Positions 1-8,783 of a DNA stretch of 64,000 bases are shown here, in pieces. Source of the DNA: Escherichia phage rV5_ev158; sequence record LR694611. One strand, given 5' to 3'. Both the position numbers and the translations under genes were made by a program. Position 1 is the first letter of the stretch. Every line of letters starts with the position of its first letter. Below the pieces are notes generated by a model, which was not told the DNA's origin, did not search any database, and worked only from the letters and a program-made list of their open reading frames with translations.

Positions 1-370
1 TATCACAAACACGACGAATAGCCTTGATGTCGAAAAAACCTGTGCGATACCACCCAAGAAAAAGGTTTCGTGCAGTGTCAACATCTACATTGATACCATC
101 AAGAACCTTATCTACAAGATAGCTGTCATCCTTTGGACCAGCGTCCTTAGTGCGAATGTAGTTGCCATCTTTTCCAGGCGACATCTCCTTCTCATCCCCA
201 ACCTGCAGGCCATCATTTGGCGGTGTTAGCCACTTATCCGGATGCTTACGATCACGAGCGTTAGAATGATTACGCTGGAAGCCTGGCTTCCACTTGAAAG
301 TTTTCTCCATCTGTTCTTCATTCTGATAACGTTTTGCAATCTTTTCACGGTCATCTTTGCGTGGACTCAT
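1..370 (-). CDS. hypothetical protein, 5' part only (gene runs off the window start)
   Basis: ATG at ~370 preceded by GGAGG; frame open for ~123 codons to position 1 (MSPRKDDREKIAKRY...); not in ORF track because no stop in window. Confidence 0.5.
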   Translation of the reverse strand, partial: MSPRKDDREKIAKRYQNEEQMEKTFKWKPGFQRNHSNARDRKHPDKWLTPPNDGLQVGDEKEMSPGKDGNYIRTKDAGPKDDSYLVDKVLDGINVDVDTARNLFLGWYRTGFFDIKAIRRVCD

Positions 371-874
371 AGCTGCCTCCTCTTCAAGTTATAGAAAAAC
401 TCACTGTATCACTTTGTAACGAGCTTTTCTATCAAACTGGTGCGATTGCCTTGCCTGGTATAGTTTATATAGCTGTGGAGCGATTTAGGGGCCTTCTTGT
501 ACGTTTCCACACATAAACTTCATCCAAGCTCGCGCGGGAGACTCTCAACCGACTCCTTACGGCGCTGGCAAGCTTTCGTCGGTGGTCCACATTAGTGCTC
601 GGCCTTTGGCCTGCGCTATCGCTTCGCTCCCACACATGATAACAGACCTGCATGTATGCACTTCTGTTATTGTGTGCACTGGGGAGGCCCGGCATCTCGC
701 CCCTCGTAGGCGAGTGCCAATGAAGGGCCGACACTACCAATAGTAAGTAATAAATTTAAAACATAGTACTTAGGATCTAGTATATTCTACATAAGTTAAG
801 TATATGTACTTAGTACCATAAGTACTAGATCTTTTATTTTTTATTATTTAGTTATTTTAGTTATATTCTTTATG

Positions 875-955
875 TGTCCGTATCACGGACAGTTAGTGTC
901 CGTATTACGGGCAGATGTGTCCGCGTGACGGACAGTAGTGTCCGTACCACGGACA
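875..955. promoter_or_regulatory. tandem array of four 17-bp palindromes TGTCCG-N5-CGGACA at 21-22 bp spacing; candidate operator or protein-binding array
   Basis: copies at ~875-891, 897-913 (one arm degenerate), 918-934, 939-955; read directly from sequence. Confidence 0.55.
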
Positions 956-1030
956 GTTAATAGTATCTGTTCCAGGGCGAACATAAAACATACGAATCCT
1001 TATAGTACAGATATTTAAGTTTTTGCTGGT

Positions 1031-1381
1031 CTAACCAGTTGTTGACATTCGAATAACTTCTTCTGGTGGCAAAACTTTGGAAAATGTGCATCTTTTACCT
1101 CTCCCTTGTGTGGATATTTCAACCACTCCTGCACATTCTAAAGTTTTAACGCACGCTGCTGCTTTTGTTTTCTTTATCCCAACATCTGCTGCAATTTTCC
1201 TTGTGCTGGGTGTGAAGCGTGAATTTCCTCCAAGCTTATACCAGTTGTGCAGGTAGCAGTATACGATCTTGTCATACAAGTCAAGAACAACAACCTCCCC
1301 AGTTGTGTCATTCAAAACTTTTGACATAGATAGTATTTCAAGGGGGACTTTAAGATATAGCAGCTTATCCCCATCTTTCAT
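1031..1381 (-). CDS. putative helix-turn-helix DNA-binding protein
   Basis: AGGAG-type RBS before ATG; segment STRKIAADVGIKKTKAAACVKTLECAGVV resembles an HTH/winged-helix motif. Confidence 0.5.
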   Translation of the reverse strand: MKDGDKLLYLKVPLEILSMSKVLNDTTGEVVVLDLYDKIVYCYLHNWYKLGGNSRFTPSTRKIAADVGIKKTKAAACVKTLECAGVVEISTQGRGKRCTFSKVLPPEEVIRMSTTG

Positions 1382-1428
1382 ATCTCCTGATTCTCCTTGT
1401 GTGGCAATTTTCTTTAAAATAGCAGGGA

Positions 1429-1983
1429 TTACTCCCCGCTGTCAATAGCAAGACTCATTGCAATACGGTATGCCTCTTCTAATGGTAAGAGTCTCCCCCA
1501 CACATCCCAACCGACATCAAACTGCCTGCCAAACAACTGCTGTGTGGTTCCGTGAGCATGACCGAACAGTTGGACCGATCCGTGAGGCTTTCTGTTCCAC
1601 TTTGCAAACTGGTAATGGCTCATACAGATCAAATTCTTGTTGTGGCGAAGCTCGTAATAATCTACAACCTCATGACCGAACTCTTTCATAATTCTGACAG
1701 TCGTCCTTGTGTCATGGTTACCACGAACAAGAATAATATGTCCGTTCAACATATTTAGAACATCTGGGAGCAATTTGTTAATATTCTTATCATTAGTGCA
1801 CGCAATATCTCCTAAGTGAAACACAGTGTCTGCAGGTGACACAACAGAGTTCCACTTGGTGATGATCCCCGCATTCATACTGTCAAGATTGTGATCATAC
1901 TGAGATCTGTGTTTTTGACATGAATCAAACTCCATGACCCGCTGGTGGAGAAAGTGTGTGTCGCTTGTTACAAAGTATTTCAT
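1429..1983 (-). CDS. calcineurin-like metallophosphoesterase (putative polynucleotide 3'-phosphatase)
   Basis: motifs SDTHF, HLGD, GNHD; start moved to internal ATG (MKYFVTSDTHF) with GAGGA RBS, in frame with ORF 1429..2088. Confidence 0.7.
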   Translation of the reverse strand: MKYFVTSDTHFLHQRVMEFDSCQKHRSQYDHNLDSMNAGIITKWNSVVSPADTVFHLGDIACTNDKNINKLLPDVLNMLNGHIILVRGNHDTRTTVRIMKEFGHEVVDYYELRHNKNLICMSHYQFAKWNRKPHGSVQLFGHAHGTTQQLFGRQFDVGWDVWGRLLPLEEAYRIAMSLAIDSGE

Positions 1984-1990
1984 ACATTCC

Positions 1991-2401
1991 TCATTTAAGT
2001 TTAATGCAGTTTTTAAGCTGGCGTTCCATACGATCCACAACCTTGTCTGGAACATCATGAATGCTTTTATTACCGTGGCGGTTTTCAACCACGATCACGG
2101 TATAACTATACCCATGACTGATTGCCATGTCAACATATTCCTGCACATGTTTTTCTTTTGTAAACGTATTACTTACCACGATACGGTCGTATCCCATACG
2201 CATCATATCTTCTACGTTATCTTTGCACCATTTTGCTGCGAGTGTTACTTTACTTGCATCCCAGTTGTAATTGCCGTCATCGTCATACCAGAACATGTCG
2301 TTCTCAAAATGTGGATACAGACCCTCTAAAGATAGCGCATTTGCCAGTGTTGATTTGCCAGACCCTGGTAGACCACGCACGATATATAGCATTTTAGACA
2401 T
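1991..2401 (-). CDS. P-loop polynucleotide kinase-like protein
   Basis: Walker A GLPGSGKST near N-terminus; start moved to ATG (MSKMLYIVRG) preceded by GGAGGG, in frame with ORF 1991..2557. Confidence 0.7.
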   Translation of the reverse strand: MSKMLYIVRGLPGSGKSTLANALSLEGLYPHFENDMFWYDDDGNYNWDASKVTLAAKWCKDNVEDMMRMGYDRIVVSNTFTKEKHVQEYVDMAISHGYSYTVIVVENRHGNKSIHDVPDKVVDRMERQLKNCIKLK

Positions 2402-2501
2402 AGTAACCCTCCGTTTTAATTTCAATGATAGTATACCTAACTGTTTTGTTAATTTCAAGTGTTGACACTGGGTTATTTGTGTGGCAGGATAAAGGGACAA
2501 A

Positions 2502-3437
2502 ATGACAAATGAGGAACGTATGATGAAGTATTTTAATGCAGACGACCTGGTTGACAAAGGTCTTGTAACCAGCAGATATTACCCAGATCTTGGGTTAAAG
2601 ATCTATAAATATGCCAGAAAAGTATTCTACAACAACTTATGGCATTTGTCTCCTCGATTACTGGAGTGCCGAGGCATTGTTGTCGGTAATGAAGGAAATG
2701 TTGTGGCATGGCCCTTCACAAAAGTGTTTAACTTGGGAGAAAACTCCACCAACCTGCCTGACAATAAGCTTGTGACGGCGGTAGAGAAAAAGAACGGATT
2801 CCTTGGTGTGGTGTCATCTCATAAAGGTGAACTATTGTTCTCAACAACCGGGTCTCTTGATTCCCCATATTGTAACCTTGCAAAGGAAACCATCCAGGAG
2901 CAATGCGGTAATTTAGATCTTATCAAGAAGGTTATGGGCAATGAAAACATGACATTCATGTTTGAAATTTGTCACCCTTCAGATCCGCATATTGTTCAGG
3001 AAGATCATGGCGCATATTTGATAGGTTGCAGATATAATGATTCTGGAATAATGCTACCAGAAGCCGCTTTAGATGGGATTGCCAAATACCTTGGTGCAAA
3101 ACGTCCTCACACTGTGCGTGAAATTCCGTTCAGCTATGCAAAAGAGTTAGCTGCAGAAACAAGAGGTGAAGGATATATGATTCGTAAGCCTTACTACCCT
3201 TATGATCTGCAGTTGAAGATCAAGTCTCCATACTATCTGGCACGAAAGGCCGTAATGAGGGGTAAAGCTTGGAAGATTTGGGATGATGATATCTTTAAAC
3301 GTGTTGACGAAGAGTTTTACGGCATGGTAAACTTCATTCGTAACAACTACACAGAGGATGTATGGAACTGCCTCCTGGAGCAGGAACGCCGTGAGATACT
3401 TGACTGCTATTTCCACAACGAGGACTATATGCAATGA
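2502..3437 (+). CDS. ATP-dependent RNA ligase-like nucleotidyltransferase
   Basis: ligase motifs I KKNGF (KxNG, no Arg), IV EGYMIRK, V LKIK; start may be the ATG ~18 nt downstream (MMKYF) with GAGGA RBS. Confidence 0.6.
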   Translation: MTNEERMMKYFNADDLVDKGLVTSRYYPDLGLKIYKYARKVFYNNLWHLSPRLLECRGIVVGNEGNVVAWPFTKVFNLGENSTNLPDNKLVTAVEKKNGFLGVVSSHKGELLFSTTGSLDSPYCNLAKETIQEQCGNLDLIKKVMGNENMTFMFEICHPSDPHIVQEDHGAYLIGCRYNDSGIMLPEAALDGIAKYLGAKRPHTVREIPFSYAKELAAETRGEGYMIRKPYYPYDLQLKIKSPYYLARKAVMRGKAWKIWDDDIFKRVDEEFYGMVNFIRNNYTEDVWNCLLEQERREILDCYFHNEDYMQ

Positions 3438-3784
3438 AGAAGTTGATTGTGTGGCTGGATGACTTGAGAGATCCGTCAAATTACGGGCTCCAAGACGCTG
3501 TTTGGCTAAAGAATTCCTCCGAGTTTATAGATTTTATTAACGATAATAGAAAGCTCTACAGACGCGTTTCTGAGTGGCACATGGACAACGACCTTGGAGA
3601 GTTGTTCGAAGGGTACGATTGCCTATCTATGTTGGAGGAAAAATTTGTATTTGGTAAGCCCCCTGTAGTTGACAACGTGAAGATTTTCGTGCATACTTCT
3701 AACCCATCAGCGGCTCGTAAATTCATGCTTGCAGCTGACTCGTTTAAAAAGTTTGGAATAGAGATTAAACAAAACATCTACTGA
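3434..3784 (+). CDS. hypothetical protein
   Basis: ATGA overlap with upstream gene; co-directional packed ORF. Confidence 0.5.
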   Translation: MKKLIVWLDDLRDPSNYGLQDAVWLKNSSEFIDFINDNRKLYRRVSEWHMDNDLGELFEGYDCLSMLEEKFVFGKPPVVDNVKIFVHTSNPSAARKFMLAADSFKKFGIEIKQNIY

Positions 3785-3792
3785 GGACACTT

Positions 3793-4554
3793 ATGCGACG
3801 ACTGATTATTATCTCCGGTGCTGGTTTGAGCGCTGAATCTGGTATTCCCACTTTCCGATCTGGTAGCACTGCAATGTGGGAGAATTTCAGCATCGATGAG
3901 GTGTGCAACATCCACACCTTTGCCAAGAACTACTACAAGGTGCATGACTTTTACAATGCACGTCGTGTAGCTCTAGGCGGTGTTGAGCCTAACCTTGCAC
4001 ATCTTCGGATCGCTGAGTGGTATTCCCGCTGGTCTGGTCGTGTGATCAACCTTACCACCAATGTAGATGATTTGCTGGAGCGTGCTGGTGTAAAACATGA
4101 AGATATTTTACATGTTCACGGGTATTTGCCAGAAATAGTCTATGAGGACGATGAAGGAAGTGACGTCATTAAGGACATTGGATACTCTGAGGTAGATGCA
4201 GGAAAGTATACCTGGGTTAAACCTAATGTGGTGTTCTTCGGAGAAGTAGCTCCGAAGTATACAGACATGTATGACCTGTTGACTTCTCTTACAAGCAATG
4301 ATATGGTTATCCTTGTAGGGTGTTCCAACACAGTTATCAATTTTAACTGGGAGCTATTCCCTGCCTGCAATAAGGGCACCAAACTGCTGATCGTTAACAA
4401 ATACGACTCACAGCATCTAGAGGAGAATGGCATTTCACGTAGTGATATTTACCAGTACGAGGATCGCGGCATCCCGGTTTGGTTTAACGGGGCGGTTGAC
4501 GCTTTCTCTGATAAAACATTCATTGAGACCGTAGAAAACTTTATGGAACTTTAA
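3793..4554 (+). CDS. Sir2-family (sirtuin-like) NAD-dependent enzyme
   Basis: GAGLSAESGIPTFR, TTNVDDLLERAG, HVHG and PNVVFFGE motifs typical of sirtuins; no zinc CxxC pair seen. Confidence 0.8.
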   Translation: MRRLIIISGAGLSAESGIPTFRSGSTAMWENFSIDEVCNIHTFAKNYYKVHDFYNARRVALGGVEPNLAHLRIAEWYSRWSGRVINLTTNVDDLLERAGVKHEDILHVHGYLPEIVYEDDEGSDVIKDIGYSEVDAGKYTWVKPNVVFFGEVAPKYTDMYDLLTSLTSNDMVILVGCSNTVINFNWELFPACNKGTKLLIVNKYDSQHLEENGISRSDIYQYEDRGIPVWFNGAVDAFSDKTFIETVENFMEL

Positions 4555-4567
4555 AAGGAGACCTTTA

Positions 4568-5281
4568 ATGCTGAATACTAAACTGATCGACAACCTGGAA
4601 AAACTGTCTCAGCCTGAAAACTACCTTTGGTCTGCCAACTGGGTGGAAAACTGGAACCGTGTGGCAGCTAAAGTGAAAAAATCATACACACCATTCGAAT
4701 TACAGCTTAGCTTCATTGAGGAAGAGTTCAATGAGGTTTTGGAAGAGCTGGAGAAAGGTGATGGTGGAGATCACCTGCTAAAAGAGGCCTGCGATCTTCA
4801 CGTTGTCACAAGTTATGCCGCTTATCTTGTTAATGATAATCACGAAAAGTGGTCAAACCTGTTTGATAATCCACGAGGTCTTAAGTTCAAGATCGGTGAG
4901 TTCTATGATACACTGATCGCTGCGAAAAACACATCCAAGCAAAGAGCGTCAGCTTACCGCTTAGCGGAGTTGTCAACAGCTTTGCTGTTCCAGCTTCGCG
5001 GCGATGTGTGTGGTATGATGCGGAAGGTTCTCAAATCTAATGACAGCAAGTTTGCACGGATCAACCATCTACGATATTCTCACGGTGCCAGTGCAGATAT
5101 GTCTACTGAATTGCTCATAGAGTTAGAGATTGAAGATCTTGAGCGTCGTTTTGGTGGTCGCTACGAAGGTTTCGTTGCTAAAGAGGAGTTCTACAACGGT
5201 AATAAAGTTATTATATTCCTTGACAGTAAAGGTAAGATTATGAAGCCTTCGAGCTTCAAGGATGTAACAGAGTATATTTAA
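4568..5281 (+). CDS. MazG-like nucleoside triphosphate pyrophosphohydrolase (putative)
   Basis: EEEFNEVLEELEKGD...LLKEACDLHVV fits the MazG/HisE EExxE...D acidic helix pattern; judged by eye. Confidence 0.45.
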   Translation: MLNTKLIDNLEKLSQPENYLWSANWVENWNRVAAKVKKSYTPFELQLSFIEEEFNEVLEELEKGDGGDHLLKEACDLHVVTSYAAYLVNDNHEKWSNLFDNPRGLKFKIGEFYDTLIAAKNTSKQRASAYRLAELSTALLFQLRGDVCGMMRKVLKSNDSKFARINHLRYSHGASADMSTELLIELEIEDLERRFGGRYEGFVAKEEFYNGNKVIIFLDSKGKIMKPSSFKDVTEYI

Positions 5282-5287
5282 CAACAT

Positions 5288-5311
5288 AGCCGGGATTACC
5301 CGGCTTTACTT
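5288..5311 (+). terminator. hairpin AGCCGGG-ATTA-CCCGGCT after the MazG-like gene (weak T-run)
   Basis: inverted repeat read from sequence. Confidence 0.35.
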
Positions 5312-5343
5312 ATTATGGAAAGTATGCAGTGAGGTAGTTAGTT

Positions 5344-5652
5344 ATGTACAAGCATTCCAGAGATCTTGAAAAAGATGCTGTGTTTGGCGACCAGATGAAG
5401 GAGCTGATCAAACTTATAGGTAGAATGGAAGATAAGTTTGACACTAAAATCTACATCGATAGCAAGATCTTCAACCACAAAATATGGACAAATGTGTGTG
5501 TTGGGCTACATGGTGATAAAGATATTGTAAATTTGGTTGTAATAAAGTTCATAGTGTGGCAGAATAGGACTATACGTTATTCCGATCCACACTTACTTGT
5601 TTATCCTATAAAAGACCTACTACAGAAGGAGGACTGCAATGCCGTTATTTAA
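5344..5652 (+). CDS. hypothetical protein
   Basis: ORF in plus-strand gene chain. Confidence 0.45.
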   Translation: MYKHSRDLEKDAVFGDQMKELIKLIGRMEDKFDTKIYIDSKIFNHKIWTNVCVGLHGDKDIVNLVVIKFIVWQNRTIRYSDPHLLVYPIKDLLQKEDCNAVI

Positions 5653-5908
5653 TCTTGCTAAACCTGTAGAAGCACACCAGTTTGATGGAAGCTCTTCATC
5701 AGTATCTGATCTGCAACGGTGGATTGATACAGGTGTGTTTACATCGTCACCTGTTCGGACCAGAGATATTCGTCGCATGTGTGAGCTTGTTGAGCCGTTT
5801 GGCAACTTGGTTTTGTACCAGGGAGATTGGTTAGTTGACTTTATGGGAGACTGGTTGGTAATGAGTAAAGAAGAGATGTTTAAAATTTTTAAGGAAGAGG
5901 CCGAGTAA
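5639..5908 (+). CDS. hypothetical protein
   Basis: ORF in plus-strand gene chain; ATGA-type coupling to the ligase gene. Confidence 0.45.
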   Translation: MPLFNLAKPVEAHQFDGSSSSVSDLQRWIDTGVFTSSPVRTRDIRRMCELVEPFGNLVLYQGDWLVDFMGDWLVMSKEEMFKIFKEEAE

Positions 5909-7191
5909 TGCATCAAATCAAAACAACACTGTACGCACTGAACAAAGATGGCAGCTACCAACAGTGGAAAGTATTCACTGATGGCGAAAAGGTTATCGTA
6001 GAGTTTGGCAAGCTTGACGGTAAATTGCAGTACAAAGAGACGGTATGTACACCTAAAAACGTAGGTCGTGCCAACGAGACTACAGCTGAGCAACAGGCCG
6101 AGCTTGAGGCTATCAGCAAGTGGGAAAAACAAGTCCGTCTGGGGTATGTTGAAAACATGGAAGATTGCGAGCAGGGTGTTGATCTTTTACCTATGCTGGT
6201 GCATGACTACCTGAAGCGTGGCAAGGCACTTAAATTACCTTGCTGGATCTTGCGTAAGTTAGATGGCCTTCGTCTGCTTGTTGTTTTCCAAAATGGTGAG
6301 CCTAAATTTATTTCCCGTGGTAATAAGTCCTACCCTATTCAAGGAAAGCTTTTAGAGCAACTTCGTTCTTTCCATTCTACCACTGGGATTAAACAACTTG
6401 ATGGGGAACTATACATTCATGGTCTTCCTTTGCAGAAAATAGTGTCTCTTGCTAAACGGTGGCGCACACAGGAAGAGATTCAGGCCGAGATCGATAAAGA
6501 CTATGAGGCAGATAAAAAACGCCGTCATGCAGCAATTAAGGCAGGCTTATCAACATACAAAAACTTCAACAAGGTAGATATTCCTGTCGATGTTGAGCCT
6601 GTTCGTGATGATTTGCGTTACGGTGGATACTGTAGCTACGATCTGGAGTATCACATTTTTGATATTCCTAGCGACAAGGTGTGGTGGGATCCAGAAACAG
6701 AGTCTGGACGCTGCAAGGATCTTATGGATGCAGAGGATACCGTTACCACTCTGCTGCTTGATCATATCAAGGTTGTTGACGCAGAGCTTGCGTACACAGT
6801 TGATCATTGCGAAGAATCTGTTGGTATATTCATGTCCGAAGGATATGAAGGTACTATCATGCGTAATTTCTGCGGTAAATATGAGTATGGTCAGCGAACA
6901 TCTGAAGCATTGAAATGGAAAAAGTTCAACGACGCAGAGGTGAAAGTTATTGACGTTGAGAAAGATAAGAATGATGAAGGTGTTCTTATCTGTGTTGACA
7001 AGGAAGGTGTTGTTGTTAAAATGAAGATGAAAGGCACGCACGAGGAGCGTAGCTATGACAGGATGCAGGAAATGATCGGCAAGTTTGTCACCTTCAAATA
7101 TCAAGCAAGGACAGAAGACAACAACTACCAATTCCCTGTCGGTATCTGCGTCCGAAATGTTAACCCAGATACTTGGGAGGTTCTGGAATGA
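5908..7191 (+). CDS. ATP-dependent DNA ligase
   Basis: motif I KLDGLR (KxDGxR), motif IV EGTIMR, motif V KWKKF. Confidence 0.8.
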   Translation: MHQIKTTLYALNKDGSYQQWKVFTDGEKVIVEFGKLDGKLQYKETVCTPKNVGRANETTAEQQAELEAISKWEKQVRLGYVENMEDCEQGVDLLPMLVHDYLKRGKALKLPCWILRKLDGLRLLVVFQNGEPKFISRGNKSYPIQGKLLEQLRSFHSTTGIKQLDGELYIHGLPLQKIVSLAKRWRTQEEIQAEIDKDYEADKKRRHAAIKAGLSTYKNFNKVDIPVDVEPVRDDLRYGGYCSYDLEYHIFDIPSDKVWWDPETESGRCKDLMDAEDTVTTLLLDHIKVVDAELAYTVDHCEESVGIFMSEGYEGTIMRNFCGKYEYGQRTSEALKWKKFNDAEVKVIDVEKDKNDEGVLICVDKEGVVVKMKMKGTHEERSYDRMQEMIGKFVTFKYQARTEDNNYQFPVGICVRNVNPDTWEVLE

Positions 7192-7315
7192 TGTAGGCTG
7201 GTTTAGTAGGTAACGGTAGCCAATTGAATGATGGTTTTTCAATTGGCACCTACATAACCACACTATGCAGTGTTGTTGATCGGGTTAGTTATGAGCAAAC
7301 TGGAGAGTATGAAAA

Positions 7316-7804
7316 ATGAAACTTGATAAAAATGTTCAACGAAAAGCTTTCTTGGATATGATCGCATATTCGGAAGGAACAGATAATGGTAGACAACCTA
7401 CCAAGGATCGGGGGTACGATGTCATAGTCGGCGGCAAGCTGTTCAGCGATTACAGCAAGCATCCAGGTGTTTACGTTAAGCTAAATGCTAAACTTACCTC
7501 CTCCGCTGCTGGTCGTTACCAGGTTTTGGAGAAGTTTGCTAAACACTACATGAAACAGTTAGGATTACCAGATTTTGGCCCTGCCAGTCAGGACAAGATT
7601 GCGTTGCAACTGATCCGTGAGTGCAAGGCTCTCGCCGACATTGATGAAGGGCGTATTCATCAGGCCATTTATAAATGCCGCAGCCGCTGGGCAAGCTTCC
7701 CACCACCGCCAGGGGCTGGAAAGCTGTACAATCAGCGAGCAGAAAGTATAGACAAGATGCTGGAGATCTTTAAGAAGGCAGGTGGAGTTGTTACAGATGA
7801 GTAA
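7316..7804 (+). CDS. endolysin, phage lambda R-type lytic transglycosylase
   Basis: QRKAFLDMIAYSEGTDNGRQ...GYDVIVGG...AGRYQ...AGG closely follows lambda R as recalled. Confidence 0.9.
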   Translation: MKLDKNVQRKAFLDMIAYSEGTDNGRQPTKDRGYDVIVGGKLFSDYSKHPGVYVKLNAKLTSSAAGRYQVLEKFAKHYMKQLGLPDFGPASQDKIALQLIRECKALADIDEGRIHQAIYKCRSRWASFPPPPGAGKLYNQRAESIDKMLEIFKKAGGVVTDE

Positions 7805-8480
7805 CGGGATTGACTGGTGGAGTGTCTTTAGATACGATACAGGCACTGGAAGGTTGTTTTGGAAGTCCCCGCCAAAAAACAAACCTCAACTGATGGGAAA
7901 GGAGGCTGGATGTACTAACATGGACGGGTACAGGGATATAATCTATCGCGGCGTGCATTACTACAGGCATAGATTGGTGTGGGAGATGCATTATGGACCA
8001 ATTCCAGAAGGGTACGAAGTTGATCACATAAAGCCACTTTTCTATTCCGATGGTGTTGCTGATGACAGGATAGAAAACCTACAACTGTTAACACCAGAAG
8101 AAAACGCAAAAAAGGCGGCAGATGACGGATGCCTGGCACGCAAGATACCTAAATCTAACACTGGACACTTGGGTGTATATTTTCATGCTAGAACTGGAAG
8201 GTATGCTGCTTTTGGTAAGGTAGGTCATTACTATAAGAAAGACCTAGGAGAATACGATACCTTAGAAGAGGCCCTTGCTGCTCAAAAGTCTTTTGAAAGT
8301 GGCACGTTTGTCAGGGAATATCGTGGACAGCCTTTAGGGAGGGATAAATCTAGAGGTGTCAGATTTGAAGCAGATAGGGGCAAATGGAAAGTAACTTTCA
8401 GAGGAAAAACGCTAGGCAGGTTTGACACCAAAGAGTCTGCTGAAGCGTGTTACGCAAAGGCTCTTGCTGAAAGATTGTAA
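7797..8480 (+). CDS. HNH homing endonuclease
   Basis: HRLVWEMHYGPIPEGYEVDHIKP...NLQLLTPEEN HNH motif; start set at ATG overlapping the endolysin stop. Confidence 0.8.
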   Translation: MSNGIDWWSVFRYDTGTGRLFWKSPPKNKPQLMGKEAGCTNMDGYRDIIYRGVHYYRHRLVWEMHYGPIPEGYEVDHIKPLFYSDGVADDRIENLQLLTPEENAKKAADDGCLARKIPKSNTGHLGVYFHARTGRYAAFGKVGHYYKKDLGEYDTLEEALAAQKSFESGTFVREYRGQPLGRDKSRGVRFEADRGKWKVTFRGKTLGRFDTKESAEACYAKALAERL

Positions 8481-8548
8481 CAGTATCATTGACATGACCA
8501 CACGGACGTGGTATTGTTACCTCATAAAATGTTAGGGAGGGTTTAACC

Positions 8549-8755
8549 ATGAAAGATTTTATGTTGGCAATTTTGTTCATGGTAGCATGTCTGTCCTGTG
8601 GTGTCGTGTTTGCAGGTGAAACAGCGTATCTTGTCGATGTATATCGGGACAATGGTAAACGTATTTGCCTTTATGAGACAAGTCAAGGTGAGCTCTACGA
8701 GCTTGTGAAACAAGGTGAGGCAGGTTCCTGCCCTCGCACCCATTTCTTTGAATGA
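8549..8755 (+). CDS. small protein with N-terminal hydrophobic signal-like segment
   Basis: MKDFMLAILFMVACLSCGVVFA hydrophobic N-terminus; promoter-like TTGACA upstream. Confidence 0.45.
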   Translation: MKDFMLAILFMVACLSCGVVFAGETAYLVDVYRDNGKRICLYETSQGELYELVKQGEAGSCPRTHFFE

Positions 8756-8783
8756 GGGAGAACACGTGGAAGACGGACGTTTA

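Noticed and set aside
465-740. 91-aa minus-strand ORF in the GC-rich island
   Set aside because: No RBS, odd Arg/Ser/His-rich composition and atypical GC content; more likely a chance ORF in non-coding GC-rich DNA.
875-955. Lysogeny switch (repressor/operator) implying a temperate phage
   Set aside because: No integrase, excisionase or CI/Cro-like pair was found; gene content (RNR, ThyX, ligase, PolA, endolysin) reads as a virulent phage, so the array is reported only as a binding-site candidate.
6550-7263. 237-aa minus-strand ORF antisense to the DNA ligase gene
   Set aside because: Entirely inside a well-supported plus-strand gene; low-complexity hydrophobic translation typical of antisense frames. 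The same reasoning rejects other antisense track ORFs such as 1934..2329, 19390..19611, 23942..24247, 52535..53098 and 62962..63393.
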